Shown here one piece after another: positions 1 to 9,993 of a stretch of DNA of 64,000 nt (within the stretch, counting starts at the first letter, position 1; each line of letters starts with the position of its first letter). The DNA is taken from the IMG/VR virus record IMGVR_UViG_3300045988_027877, positions 39,851-103,850 of that record; one strand, 5' to 3'. This DNA comes from a virus. The notes under the pieces were generated by a model, which was given only the letters and a program-made list of their open reading frames with translations, was not told the origin of the DNA and ran no database searches. The position numbers and the translations under genes were made by a program.

Positions 1-1184
1 ATTATACTAACTTAAAAACACTAAACGAAGAAGAACTAGCTCAAATAGATATTAGTACAAACTCTTTGTATTACTTATTATGGTTTGATTTGTCTACTCT
101 TGCAGTAGATGAAGAAGTAACTATCGAAATGCTTCCCCTGTTCGAAGGTGCCTTCGTCACCGATGGAATCAACGACCTGATTACTTCCACCAAGACCGTA
201 CAGGAGATGCTGGGAGGAAGTAATGAGATTACGGTGGTGAGTATGATTCATCAGATAAAAGAATCTATATATAATAATCGTGCTTATACTAATTATATAA
301 GTGGTACTTATGGACATATTAGGAATCAAGTAGCTGACACTAAAACAGGTATTTATGGTTATACCGTTACTGATTTAAACAACAGTTCTACAAATATTAA
401 AGGAAGTGTTATTAATAATATATTAGGTGATAAGAACGACTATCTATATGATGCAAATACTAATGTTGAGTTAGGTAATGCTAAATATTCAGTACAGAAT
501 TATATTAAAAGTGATGGTACAGTAAGTAATATTGGTTCACAACTTGCTTGGTATTGGACAATCATCGCCAACAAGGTACTGACTACCGACCAAATCAACC
601 AGGTAATCGCCTACTTCAACTTGGATAGAACTCTTAAACCTGATATACTGTGTAATACTATCAAGCAGGGAATCACCAACGAGAACCACGCAGAGTTTGG
701 CGACAGGCTGATTGACTTTTCCGGTAACGGTAGAGATATTCAGCTGAACAATATTGCATGGAAGGGGGATTCAGGTATAGGAAAGTATGAGGTTGATTTC
801 GCATCATTAAATTATAATAATACAACATCAGTATTTACAGCTACCTATAAATCATGCTCAATTAGCAAGATTATAAAAGATGGTGTTGGAAATATTTTCT
901 ATAATTGGGGACAAACTTTAGCAGCCATTAATTCCACAAAAATACAAGTGATCGGATTAGATGAAATTGGAGCTATATTAGAGTTTACGTATTTAGATGA
1001 ATCCGGTAATAGCACAACTAAACAGTATTCTACCGATGGTATTTATGATTTACCTGCTTCGGCTGCATATCAAGGTGATTCTCACAATACCAATTTTAGA
1101 TTTTCTATACGAGGATATATTGGAGACTGTGATATAACCATCACCCAGATTCCCTCCCACGCAGGTGCTCTCTGCCTTGACTGA
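1..1184 (+). CDS. tail fibre / receptor-binding-like protein, C-terminal part (gene starts upstream of window)
   Basis: The frame of listed ORF 66..1184 is open back to base 3, so the 5' end is truncated by the window. Stop is TGA at 1182-1184. It contains DFSGNGRDIQL, resembling the LamG/concanavalin-type lectin signature of the next gene. No in-frame TAG. Confidence 0.6.
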   Translation, partial: YTNLKTLNEEELAQIDISTNSLYYLLWFDLSTLAVDEEVTIEMLPLFEGAFVTDGINDLITSTKTVQEMLGGSNEITVVSMIHQIKESIYNNRAYTNYISGTYGHIRNQVADTKTGIYGYTVTDLNNSSTNIKGSVINNILGDKNDYLYDANTNVELGNAKYSVQNYIKSDGTVSNIGSQLAWYWTIIANKVLTTDQINQVIAYFNLDRTLKPDILCNTIKQGITNENHAEFGDRLIDFSGNGRDIQLNNIAWKGDSGIGKYEVDFASLNYNNTTSVFTATYKSCSISKIIKDGVGNIFYNWGQTLAAINSTKIQVIGLDEIGAILEFTYLDESGNSTTKQYSTDGIYDLPASAAYQGDSHNTNFRFSIRGYIGDCDITITQIPSHAGALCLD

Positions 1185-1211
1185 GTAAATGACTTTGGTA
1201 AGGTGACAGGG

Positions 1212-3128
1212 ATGCCGATTTACAAGGATTATACTTTCATTATAGACTATGAACGTATAAGTTATGCTTCATCTGAAAGATGGGTAGCTGGTGTTGTATC
1301 TAAATCTCATGTAGCTAATCAAGGAGCTTTTATTTTAATGACAGCTAATACAACAGTTGAGCCCTACAAACAAGCATATTCTTTTGGAGGAGTTACTTCA
1401 TTTAATAGAGATGATTTTACAAGAGCTTTAGTATATCAAAGTAAGTATAAATGTGGAGATGTCGATTTAACAGTAGGCGAAGGAGTTGATAGTAATACTC
1501 TTTGGCTAGGAACATTTAGAGATAATGACCAGAGGTTCTTCAACGGAGCTATCTACTCTCTCATGTCCTTCCCTTATAGCATGTCCAAATTCTTGATAGA
1601 GCGTCAGTTGAAGAAGCATAAGCTGGGTACGCTGTATCCGGATATGGTGGAGTTCAGACCTGTTATAAAGAGTAACGTTTTATTAGATGCTAAGCCAACA
1701 TTCGTTTTTCGTGGTACTAGTACTTATCTAAATGCAGGAGATTATGTTCCTGAAAATAGTCAAATATGGGTAAGTATTAAGATGAATAACATTGCCGATA
1801 GAATAACTAAGTTTACTGTTAATGGCAAAACTATTGATATTCCTGAAAATGCTTATAGTGAAGTCACATTGCAATATGGTTTCCCTTTTGTAATAGATAA
1901 GTCTCCACAGAAGATTACTATGACTATCGAACAGGATGAAAACTACGTCCAATGGAATCCCACTGTGGAAAGTAATGTTGAGTATGCTTCTATTAATTAT
2001 TTGCTTAGAATACCCGGTCAAGGCACAGTTACTCCTGTATCAGGTCAATATTACCCAATATTATCTACTGATACCTCTCTAGTAATATATGTTGCTACAA
2101 AAGGAGTGGATGAAGTTGCTAATCTAACTATCAATGGACAAGAGCCTACCAGTAGTTCTATTCATGTTGATGGTAGATTTAAGTTTGAATTTCCTTTCAA
2201 CAACTCCCCTCAAAAGATAAATATCACAATTGACGAGTACATCAGATACGAGGATATTGTGCAGCCGTATCCAAGTTTCGTTAAGTTAGAAAACCTAGAT
2301 AGAACTTATACTTATACTTGGGGAGATAAGCTAAAAGTAGGAGATACTATCAGGTATAATTCATCTGTAAACCTATTAGAAGGAGCTTATACTTTAAAGG
2401 GTCAATTAGAGTGCAACGGTGTATATGTATATGATAATAATCAATATATTACTGTTGCTAAAGAGATGATATTTGCTTGGACAAATAGCCCTATTTGGTC
2501 AATTGATGATAATGAACCTAAATGTATTCTATCTCCTAGACTACTACGTATTCCAAATTCTAGCTATAAGATATTGGGTTATATTCCTGATATATCAGGT
2601 CACGGTAATCATGGTAAGATAAACAATTCTGCTTATGCGGAAGGAAGTGGAGTTAATGAAGATGGTTCATACCAATTTGATGGCGTAGACGACTTTGTTA
2701 CTATTCCTACTATTGTTGGTGGTAAGCAGGTATTGATGAAGGTGAATTGGCAAAGTGATGCTGCAAAAGCTATACTATATGACCAAAGAGGTTATCCTAA
2801 TGAGTTTGCTATCTATAATGCTGATGTGGACAATAATAATCCTGTTTTTGCTTATCAGGCAAGAAATAATGGGCAAACATATATTGATGGTATTTTGAAT
2901 AAAAATATCAAAGCATCTGAATTGAGGGCTATTACTCATAATATAACTATTACAAATGAGTTAAGTTCAGGAGGAAATAATACCTATCCTATTATTGGTT
3001 CAAGCAAGGCGAATGCTAACTTTGTTAATATGGCATTATATGACTTCATGCTCTTCGATGAAATCTCAACAGATGACAAGATTTTAGAGCTGAATAAGTA
3101 TGTAGGGATAGAAGGCAATACAGAATGA
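1212..3128 (+). CDS. tail fibre-like protein with LamG/concanavalin-like lectin domain
   Basis: Listed ORF 1203..3128, first ATG at 1212, stop TGA. The C-terminal region has DISGHGNHGKINN...SYQFDGVDDFVTIP, the typical LamG-type jelly-roll signature of phage fibre modules. No in-frame TAG. Confidence 0.75.
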   Translation: MPIYKDYTFIIDYERISYASSERWVAGVVSKSHVANQGAFILMTANTTVEPYKQAYSFGGVTSFNRDDFTRALVYQSKYKCGDVDLTVGEGVDSNTLWLGTFRDNDQRFFNGAIYSLMSFPYSMSKFLIERQLKKHKLGTLYPDMVEFRPVIKSNVLLDAKPTFVFRGTSTYLNAGDYVPENSQIWVSIKMNNIADRITKFTVNGKTIDIPENAYSEVTLQYGFPFVIDKSPQKITMTIEQDENYVQWNPTVESNVEYASINYLLRIPGQGTVTPVSGQYYPILSTDTSLVIYVATKGVDEVANLTINGQEPTSSSIHVDGRFKFEFPFNNSPQKINITIDEYIRYEDIVQPYPSFVKLENLDRTYTYTWGDKLKVGDTIRYNSSVNLLEGAYTLKGQLECNGVYVYDNNQYITVAKEMIFAWTNSPIWSIDDNEPKCILSPRLLRIPNSSYKILGYIPDISGHGNHGKINNSAYAEGSGVNEDGSYQFDGVDDFVTIPTIVGGKQVLMKVNWQSDAAKAILYDQRGYPNEFAIYNADVDNNNPVFAYQARNNGQTYIDGILNKNIKASELRAITHNITITNELSSGGNNTYPIIGSSKANANFVNMALYDFMLFDEISTDDKILELNKYVGIEGNTE

Positions 3129-3174
3129 AGAAAGACGAAATAATTGATTTAAATAACAAAATATTTATACAAGA

Positions 3175-3450
3175 ATGAAATATATAGTAGTACCAGCTGA
3201 AGAGCTGATTGACATAACACAAGAAACATTAGATGAATTACATTTAGTATTTCGTTATAGTGTAGATGGAACTAAAGTAATAATGAAAGTTGCTAACTAT
3301 GAATTACTATTCCCATCAATAATGACTTTACCATTAACAGATGAAGATGAAGTTACAGAAGTAGTATATCCTTATCCTACTTATGAAGGTGACGCATTGG
3401 AAGAACTGTTAAACAGTGATGAATGGACTAATAAAGAAGAACAACTATGA
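3175..3450 (+). CDS. hypothetical small acidic protein
   Basis: Intact 91-aa ORF, co-oriented, stop TGA. Its stop overlaps the next ATG (ATGA). Confidence 0.55.
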   Translation: MKYIVVPAEELIDITQETLDELHLVFRYSVDGTKVIMKVANYELLFPSIMTLPLTDEDEVTEVVYPYPTYEGDALEELLNSDEWTNKEEQL

Positions 3451-3977
3451 GAGAAACTATAAATTTCGTACCTAGTAAGTCAACCCCCAATCACAAAGAA
3501 GTACAGTATTGGATAGACTTACAAACTGATCCATATGGTAGATGTATTAAAACATGGACTGGATCTGAATGGAGTACTATTACTGATAATGATTTGATTG
3601 AGACTATTTAGAAAGAACTAGACAGTAAAGCTAATAAAGCCACTACTCTATCTGGTTATGGTATTTCTGATGCATATACTAAAACTCAAGTAGATGCTAA
3701 AGTAGCATCAGTATATAGAGTGAAAGGTTCTGTAGCTAATTTCGAAGCACTACCTGCTACAGCTGTAGTTGGTGATGTATATAACTTAACAGATACTGGA
3801 GCTAACTATGTATGTATTGTAGCTAATCCTGCTGAATGGGATAAGTTATCTGAAACAGTAGACCTTAGTCATTGTGTAGCTTCAGATGATGTATCTAATG
3901 TAGTTGCTATGACTCAAGCTGAATATGAAGCTCTACAGACTAAAGATTCTAAAACACTTTATTTAATTCACGAATAA
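3447..3977 (+). CDS. tail-fibre-like protein (TAG read through)
   Basis: ATG at 3447 is in the same frame as listed ORF 3720..3977, through one in-frame TAG (3609-3611). Fibre-type motifs LSGYGISDAYTKTQVDAK and TLYLIHE are present. Stop TAA. Confidence 0.7.
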
Positions 3978-3978
3978 T

Positions 3979-5220
3979 ATGAAACTAGGAGATAGAAATA
4001 TTATAGCTGCATACTTAGGTGATGTGAACGTATTCACTAATTACTATGGCGTCAGCTTTCCTCTTGAACCTCAGAATACTATTCTAACTAGAACAGGTTA
4101 TATGCCTTGGCATAAAGAACTACCTATACAGTCTAAGATGAAGTCTTGCACGATTACTTCTGATGGAACAGTTAAATATCTTAGTGTTACAGATAGAACC
4201 AAGTATGAAGATGGTACTGATAGAGACATGACATTAAATACTATGGTAGAAATACCAGAGTTCTGGTATAAATGTATGAGAGATGATACTACTGTATATT
4301 TGAACTTATATCCAGCAGATCCTCATATTCCAGAAGCTGAACATGTGGAGAAGTTCTATATTTCTGCATATGAAGCATCTAATGTAGATAATGTGTTAAA
4401 ATCTATTAACAATGGATCTATTACTCCAGTAGTAAACATTAATAGAACTACTATGCAATCTAGAGCTAGGGCTAATAACTCCAGTACTACGAATTGGAAC
4501 ATGTATACTTACAGAGCTCATAGAATACTTACTGTGCTTTACTTAGTTGAATATGCATGTACCAACAGTTAGAAAGCTTTCAATGCCGAATTAACTGCAG
4601 AAGGATATCATCAAGGAGGATTAGGAGATGGAGTTACTACAGGTAATATTAAAGTAAATGGAGTTGATACATGGAGTTTTATACCTTGTGGAAGTACAGA
4701 CGAACATGGAAACTCTACTGGTATAACTTCCGTTACTGTTAATAGTACTGACGCAGAAGGTGTTGCAACTCAGAAATCTTATAATGTTCCTACTTATAGA
4801 GGTATTGAGAATCCATTTGGTCATGTATGGAAAAATTGTATAGACACACTTGTACATTTTAATGCACAAACTAATAAAAATGACGTTTATATAAATACCG
4901 ACTTAAGTACATTTGGATCTACTGATATATCTGATTATGACTATCAATGTAGTACTACTATTACTGAAGGTTATAAGAAGAAATTGGTATACAATGCAGC
5001 ATTTGACATACTTCCTCCAATAGATGAAGCATTTGGTGGTAGTACTACAACTTATTGGTGTGACTACAATTGGACTAATAATAGTACAACTGATAGGCTA
5101 ACATTAATAGGCGGTCGTGCTGGTTCTGGCGCGGCTGCTGGGTTGCTCTCTGTTTATTCTGCCGATGGGCTTGGCGCTGCTCATGCTGGTGTCGGTACTC
5201 GGTTAATCTATATACCGTAA
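3979..5220 (+). CDS. DGR target (variable) protein, putative receptor-binding protein with C-type-lectin/FGE-like C-terminus
   Basis: Listed ORFs 3979..4572 and 4984..5220 are in one frame, joined through TAG 4570-4572 with no TAA/TGA between them. Motif YRGIENPFGHVW precedes a Gly/Ala-rich C-terminal VR. Stop TAA. Confidence 0.85.
5108..5200 (+). repeat. DGR variable region (VR)
   Basis: 93-nt match to 5257-5349. It differs at 28 positions, each opposite an A in the TR. The 3' boundary is imprecise; both copies end with ..aatc..ccgtaa. Confidence 0.9.
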
Positions 5221-5256
5221 TTTAATTAAAAATATAGATAGGTTGTTCCTCATCAT

Positions 5257-5349
5257 TAAGCAGTAATGCTAGTAATAGCACGAATGCTAGGTTACTCAAT
5301 GTTAATTCTAACAATGAGCTTAGCAATGCTAATGCTAATGTCAGTACAC
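5257..5349 (+). repeat. DGR template region (TR)
   Basis: Non-coding, A-rich (AAT/AGT/AAC-type triplets) copy of the VR, lying between the target stop (5220) and the RT start (5479). Confidence 0.9.
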
Positions 5350-5478
5350 TGAATCCGTAATTAAACAAATAAAGAAATTAAGAGACTGTAGAGGGAGACC
5401 TTACCCCTTGGTAAAAGATAACATACTAATTAACTGTGTTAGTAACTTTTTTCGTGAAAACTCGGTAATGGATTACAG

Positions 5479-6504
5479 ATGAAAAGATATAATAATTTAT
5501 TTGACAAAATAGTAACTTTAGACAATTTATATCTAGCGGATAAAAGAGCTAGAAGACAAAAACAACATAGACCTGAAATAATTAATTTTGATAAGAATAG
5601 AGAAAAATTACTTTTAGATCTATAGAAGAAATTAATAGATGGTGAATATAAGACTTCTGAATATTATATATTCAAGATATATGAACCTAAAGAAAGAGAA
5701 ATATTCAAGCTTCCATACTATCCAGATAGAATAGTACATCATGCTATTATGAATATTATGGAACCTATTTGGATATCATCCTTCATTAAAGGAACTTATA
5801 GTTGTATAAAAAATCGTGGTATACATAAAGCTCTGAAAGATGTTAAGTTCGCACTGAAAGATGAAGTCAATACAAAGTACTGTCTTAAGTTAGATGTCAG
5901 AAAATTTTATCCTTCAATAGATCATGATATATTAAAATAGCTAATAAGAAGAAAAGTAAAAGATAAGAAATTATTAATTATATTAGATGAAATAATAGAT
6001 TCTGCATAGGGAGTACCAATTGGTAATTACTTATCACAATTCTTTGCTAATTTATATTTAACATATCTAGATCACTGGATTAAAGAAGAGAAACATATAA
6101 AATACTATTTCAGGTACGCAGACGATATAGTAATATTAGGAAAAGACAAAGAAGAACTACGTCAGTTGTTCAAAGACATGAAAGAGTATATTGAAACTAA
6201 ACTCAATATAAAGTTTAAAGACAATTGGCAGATATTCAAAGTAGATTCTAGAGGAATAGACTTTGTAGGATATAGAGTATATCACACTCATGTTCTTCTA
6301 AGGAAAACTATTAAGAAGAACTTCTGTAGAAAGATCAGTAAATTAAACAGAAGAGACGATCTTAGTAAGAGTGAATACAAATAGAAGATCTGTAGTTATA
6401 TAGGTTGGATTAAATATTGTAATGGTAAGAATCTTTTAAGTAAAATGACAAAACATAAAGAGCTATTGGAATACATTAATACAAGTAAACGTAAGAGAAC
6501 CTAA
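5479..6504 (+). CDS. DGR-type reverse transcriptase (TAG read through)
   Basis: One frame runs from ATG 5479 to TAA 6502-6504, with in-frame TAGs at 5623, 5938, 6007 and 6382. It joins listed ORFs 5749..5940 and 6166..6384. The DGR-RT hallmark GVPIGNYLSQ is at 6019-6039 and the catalytic YADD at 6115-6126. Confidence 0.9.
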
Positions 6505-6549
6505 TACATATAACTACGTTTTATAAGTAGTTTTCAGATTCATTGTCAG

Positions 6550-6588
6550 ATCCTAGTACATAAAGTTTGCGCTAGGATTAATTTTTTT
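6550..6588 (+). terminator. hairpin plus T-tract after the DGR RT
   Basis: atcctag ... ctaggat forms a 7-bp stem (6550-6578), followed by tta-attttttt. Confidence 0.5.
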
Positions 6589-6601
6589 AAAGATATCTCA
6601 A

Positions 6602-7225
6602 ATGTTTATAGAGTTTTTACCACAGATACTTACAGGAATAGCTTCTATCGCAGCACTCTGGTTTACTTATAATCAGTATACTAAAAATAAAATGACTGAC
6701 TATAAGATTGAGAAATGGAGAAAAGAAGAACATCAGAATAACGTAAAGAAGGCTGGTAGCATTGCTACTATATATGGTGAGTTGTGGGAGTTATTATACT
6801 TCCTCAAAGCGGATAGAGTATACCTAATTCAACCACATCCTTTGTATAGAGAGATGTTCATATCTGCTACGCTTGAAGTAAAGAAGTACGGAGTATCTTC
6901 AGTAAGAGAATCTCTATGTGATATTAAGATTGAATCAGTAGCTAACCTCGTATCAGAACTAGCAAACCAAGATTATTTGTTCATAAAAGATATTGAATCA
7001 TCTAATCTGGATAACAAGATTAAATCTATAATGACAAGTAACGGTTGTCATACTACTGCTATACGAAAGTTATCAGACGAAAAGAATAACTGGATTGGAA
7101 GTATAGTAATAGGCTACATTCATGACTTCGATGAAAATGAAGTAGATGTAGAACTAGTAGAAAAAATGTCTAGATCTAGTGCGCTAGCAATCTAGTATAT
7201 ATTACCAGAATTTAAAACAGAATAA
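6602..7225 (+). CDS. hypothetical protein with N-terminal transmembrane helix
   Basis: Listed ORF 6602..7195 is extended through TAG 7193-7195 to TAA 7223-7225. The N-terminus LPQILTGIASIAALWF is hydrophobic. Confidence 0.6.
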
Positions 7226-7226
7226 C

Positions 7227-7841
7227 ATGTTATCAGAGATTAAGAGTTATCTCAGTAAATTGGCAGTCACTATCATAATTGGTTTGGCTGCCTTTTGTTT
7301 TTATTAGAGTAAGAAGATATAGGTTCTAGATGAACGTCTAGGGCAAGTAACAAATAATTACGAATATTACCAGAGTTTGACAAGTAGATTAAGAGACGAT
7401 AATAGAACACTTCAGTTGAAGGTAGTAGATCTAAATAACTCAAATGATAGTTTACTCTAGACTGCCAAGGAAGTGTAGAAAGAATTAAAGATCAAAGACA
7501 AGAACCTCTAGTAGGTACAAGTAATCAATACAGAAATGAAGGATACTATTACTAAAATAATAACTAAAGAAGTAGACTTTAAAGAAGACTTAAAGCTAAA
7601 TCCTTTAACTACTATCACAGTAGAAAGAAAAGACTCAATCTTAACCGCCATATTAGATTTAAGGAACTCTCAAGTATTGTTCGTAGAAGAGAAAAAAGAA
7701 TATCGTAATAAGTATAAGAATGGCTTCTAGAGGTTCTTACACTTTGATTGGAAGAAAGATCGTATCAGAAAGTATCAGATATATAACAGCAATGACTTAA
7801 TTAAAGTAACAGATACTAGGATAGTTGAAGTTACGGAATAA
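7227..7841 (+). CDS. hypothetical membrane-anchored coiled-coil protein (lysis/spanin-like guess)
   Basis: ATG 7227 to TAA 7839-7841 is a single frame containing 7 in-frame TAGs, including a TAG-TAG pair. It includes listed ORF 7536..7730. The N-terminal segment LAVTIIIGLAAFCFY is a likely TM helix. Confidence 0.55.
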
Positions 7842-7874
7842 TCAAACAAAATATTAAAATTAATCAATAATAAT

Positions 7875-8474
7875 ATGCATAGAATAATCCGTACAAAAGC
7901 TTATGAAGCTAAGCATGGTCCTCACTTTGATGACGAACATGCGCGTAAAGCTGTAAGTAAGATGGAGAATGAGGACGGCTCTAAAGGTCAACACTGGTCA
8001 TTAGAGGAAACTTCTGCCTTAGCTAATCAGTATGGAATTCGTTTTGATGACAAGTTCAACAAATACGATTGGTATGTTGCATTGAATATGGTTTACTCTG
8101 ATTACTATAGAGTGATAGTTAACATGACTGGCTCTAACAACGCTAAGTACTTTGTAGAACTAGCTAAAGCTTGGTTATGTGACAAAGATATCGACGAAGG
8201 TAAGATGTGGTATTACTATATTTATATCATGTGCGACAAGATTAGAGAAGCTGAAGATGAACTCTTCGACAGAAACTACAGCAGATATGAAGATGATGAC
8301 GATGATGAAGCCTACGGTAACTTTCGTAGAGGCGGAAGAATGGGAAGATCTTCATATGGTAGACGTAGAGAATATGACAGAGAATACGACGAGAGGGACT
8401 ATGAGAAGGAGAAAATGTTTCCCTACGAAGATGAACTCAAACGTGGTCGTTCTGTGCGCTACATTAGATATTAA
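7875..8474 (+). CDS. hypothetical protein with Asp-run and Arg/Gly/Tyr-rich C-terminus
   Basis: Intact 199-aa ORF, stop TAA, no TAG. The C-terminus reads EDDDDDEAYGNFRRGGRMGRSSYGRRREYDREYDERDYEKEK. Confidence 0.7.
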   Translation: MHRIIRTKAYEAKHGPHFDDEHARKAVSKMENEDGSKGQHWSLEETSALANQYGIRFDDKFNKYDWYVALNMVYSDYYRVIVNMTGSNNAKYFVELAKAWLCDKDIDEGKMWYYYIYIMCDKIREAEDELFDRNYSRYEDDDDDEAYGNFRRGGRMGRSSYGRRREYDREYDERDYEKEKMFPYEDELKRGRSVRYIRY

Positions 8475-8509
8475 TCAAATAAAATCAATCCTAAATAAAA
8501 TCAACAATT

Positions 8510-9493
8510 ATGTTAGAAGATAAAATTATCCTTCAAGACCGCGGTTTCGACGCTGGTCTGGCTGCTTTAATGCAGAACGCAAATAAAGGTATGGACCCTG
8601 CTGCTTTGATGGCTATGATGAATAACAATGGCGGATTCGGCGGTAACGGCGGATGGTGGTGGATCTGGATTATCCTGATCTTCTTCTGCTGGGGTGGCTG
8701 GGGAGGCAATGGCTTCGGTAACAGAGGTGGCGAAGCTTCTCAACTTGCTTCTCAATTGAATACTGATGCTAATACTAGTCTGTTGATGCAGGCTATCAAT
8801 GGTAACAAAGAAGCTATCAGCAACTTGTCTAATACTCTGAATTGTGACTTTAACTCAGTATAGAGTGCATTGAATACTATTAATGCTAGTGTAAACCAGA
8901 TTGCTTGCGATACTAAGTTGTCCAGTCAGCAAGTAATAAATGCTATTACTTCAGGTAATGCATCTCTTGCTTCTGAATTGGCAAACTGCTGCTGCACCAC
9001 TTAGAGATCTATAGATGGTGTAAATCTTAACCTGACTAAGATGGGTTACGAAAACCAGTTGGCTGTATGCAATCAAACTAACAACTTGGTTAACACAATG
9101 AACAGCAATACTTTGTCTCTGCGTGATAATGGTACTGCAAATACTAATGCTATTATAGCAAAACTTGATGCTATGCAAAATCAGGCACTACTTGACAAGA
9201 TTGACTCTCTGCGTGAGAAAAACTCTACACTGGTATCTCAGTTAAGTCAAGAACATCAGACTGCTACATTTGGTACAATGATAAGTCAGGCTACTACGCC
9301 TATCGTTACTAAGTTAAATGCATTGCAATCTGACGTTGATGGTATCAAGTGCAAACTTCCTAACACTGTAAGTGTACCATATCCTCAGCTGTCTGTTTAT
9401 AATCCAGAAGTTTTCAAAGCTGCTGCGTATGGAGCTTTTGCTGGTGATACTTATGCAAACTACGGAGTAGGTTATAACAACTGTGGTTGCTAA
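8510..9493 (+). CDS. hypothetical membrane protein with Gly/Trp-rich TM segment and Asn/Gln-rich coiled region
   Basis: Listed ORFs 8510..8863 and 9041..9493 share a frame and are joined through TAGs at 8861 and 9002. One segment reads GGFGGNGGWWWIWIILIFFCWGGWGGNGFGNRGG. Stop TAA. Confidence 0.7.
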
Positions 9494-9499
9494 TAAGAA

Positions 9500-9505
9500 A
9501 GGAGG
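9500..9505 (+). promoter_or_regulatory. Shine-Dalgarno-like AGGAGG
   Basis: aggagg lies 5 nt upstream of ATG 9511. Confidence 0.5.
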
Positions 9506-9510
9506 TAATT

Positions 9511-9951
9511 ATGTTTCCTTTCTATAATACACAACAAACACTATTCCCGTTTGGTCCTTTTAATCCGTTCTTCTTCGGTAGACGTCGCAGAAGATTGAAT
9601 ACTATTTCTGGTATACCGGTACTTAGAACTACAGGTGTATCTGCTACTACTACAGAAGTAAGATATGACGTAAATCATCAGGAATTCCTTAGTTTGCCTA
9701 AAGAAGGACTGTTTTTCTTGGATGTAAGACAGGCATCTGCTACAGCTGACGCTTCTCTTCCAGTTGGTTTATCAGATGATAATGCAGAGAACAATACTAC
9801 TCAAAGCATGCTTCGTAATGCATTACAAGAAGAAGTACAAGCCAGTGACTTACAACTCAATTTCAGATATTTGATTTACTATAATAAATGTAATAACACT
9901 TATCAATTAGTAAATGCATATCCTACAAACATAGCTGCACAGGCAGCTTAA
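9511..9951 (+). CDS. hypothetical small structural-block protein
   Basis: ATG 9511 lies inside listed ORF 9487..9951 and is preceded by AGGAGG. Stop TAA, no TAG. A GC hairpin follows. Confidence 0.7.
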   Translation: MFPFYNTQQTLFPFGPFNPFFFGRRRRRLNTISGIPVLRTTGVSATTTEVRYDVNHQEFLSLPKEGLFFLDVRQASATADASLPVGLSDDNAENNTTQSMLRNALQEEVQASDLQLNFRYLIYYNKCNNTYQLVNAYPTNIAAQAA

Positions 9952-9958
9952 TATTAAC

Positions 9959-9978
9959 AAGGGCTCTTCGGAGCCCTT
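9959..9978 (+). terminator. GC hairpin with TTCG loop
   Basis: aagggctc-ttcg-gagccctt sits directly after stop 9951. The downstream T-tract is weak. Confidence 0.45.
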
Positions 9979-9993
9979 AAACAAATACTTATT

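Larger units (their letters stand above)
3979..6504 (+). mobile_element. diversity-generating retroelement cassette (target gene with VR, then TR, then reverse transcriptase)
   Basis: VR 5108-5200 and TR 5257-5349 align over 93 nt. All 28 mismatches fall on TR adenines. An RT with IGNYLSQ and YADD motifs follows directly. Confidence 0.9.

Noticed and set aside
5221-5478. An avd accessory gene between the DGR target and the RT
   Set aside because: This interval holds only the TR and a 130-nt spacer, with no ORF even when TAG is read through.
8179-8523. Alternative-frame ORF inside gene 7875-8474, and many antisense ORFs (for example 78-329, 1728-2021, 8567-8755, 30095-30439, 47171-47392, 55479-55838)
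   Set aside because: They lie wholly within longer ORFs that carry recognisable motifs, and their translations are low-complexity. These are typical shadow ORFs of AT-rich DNA.
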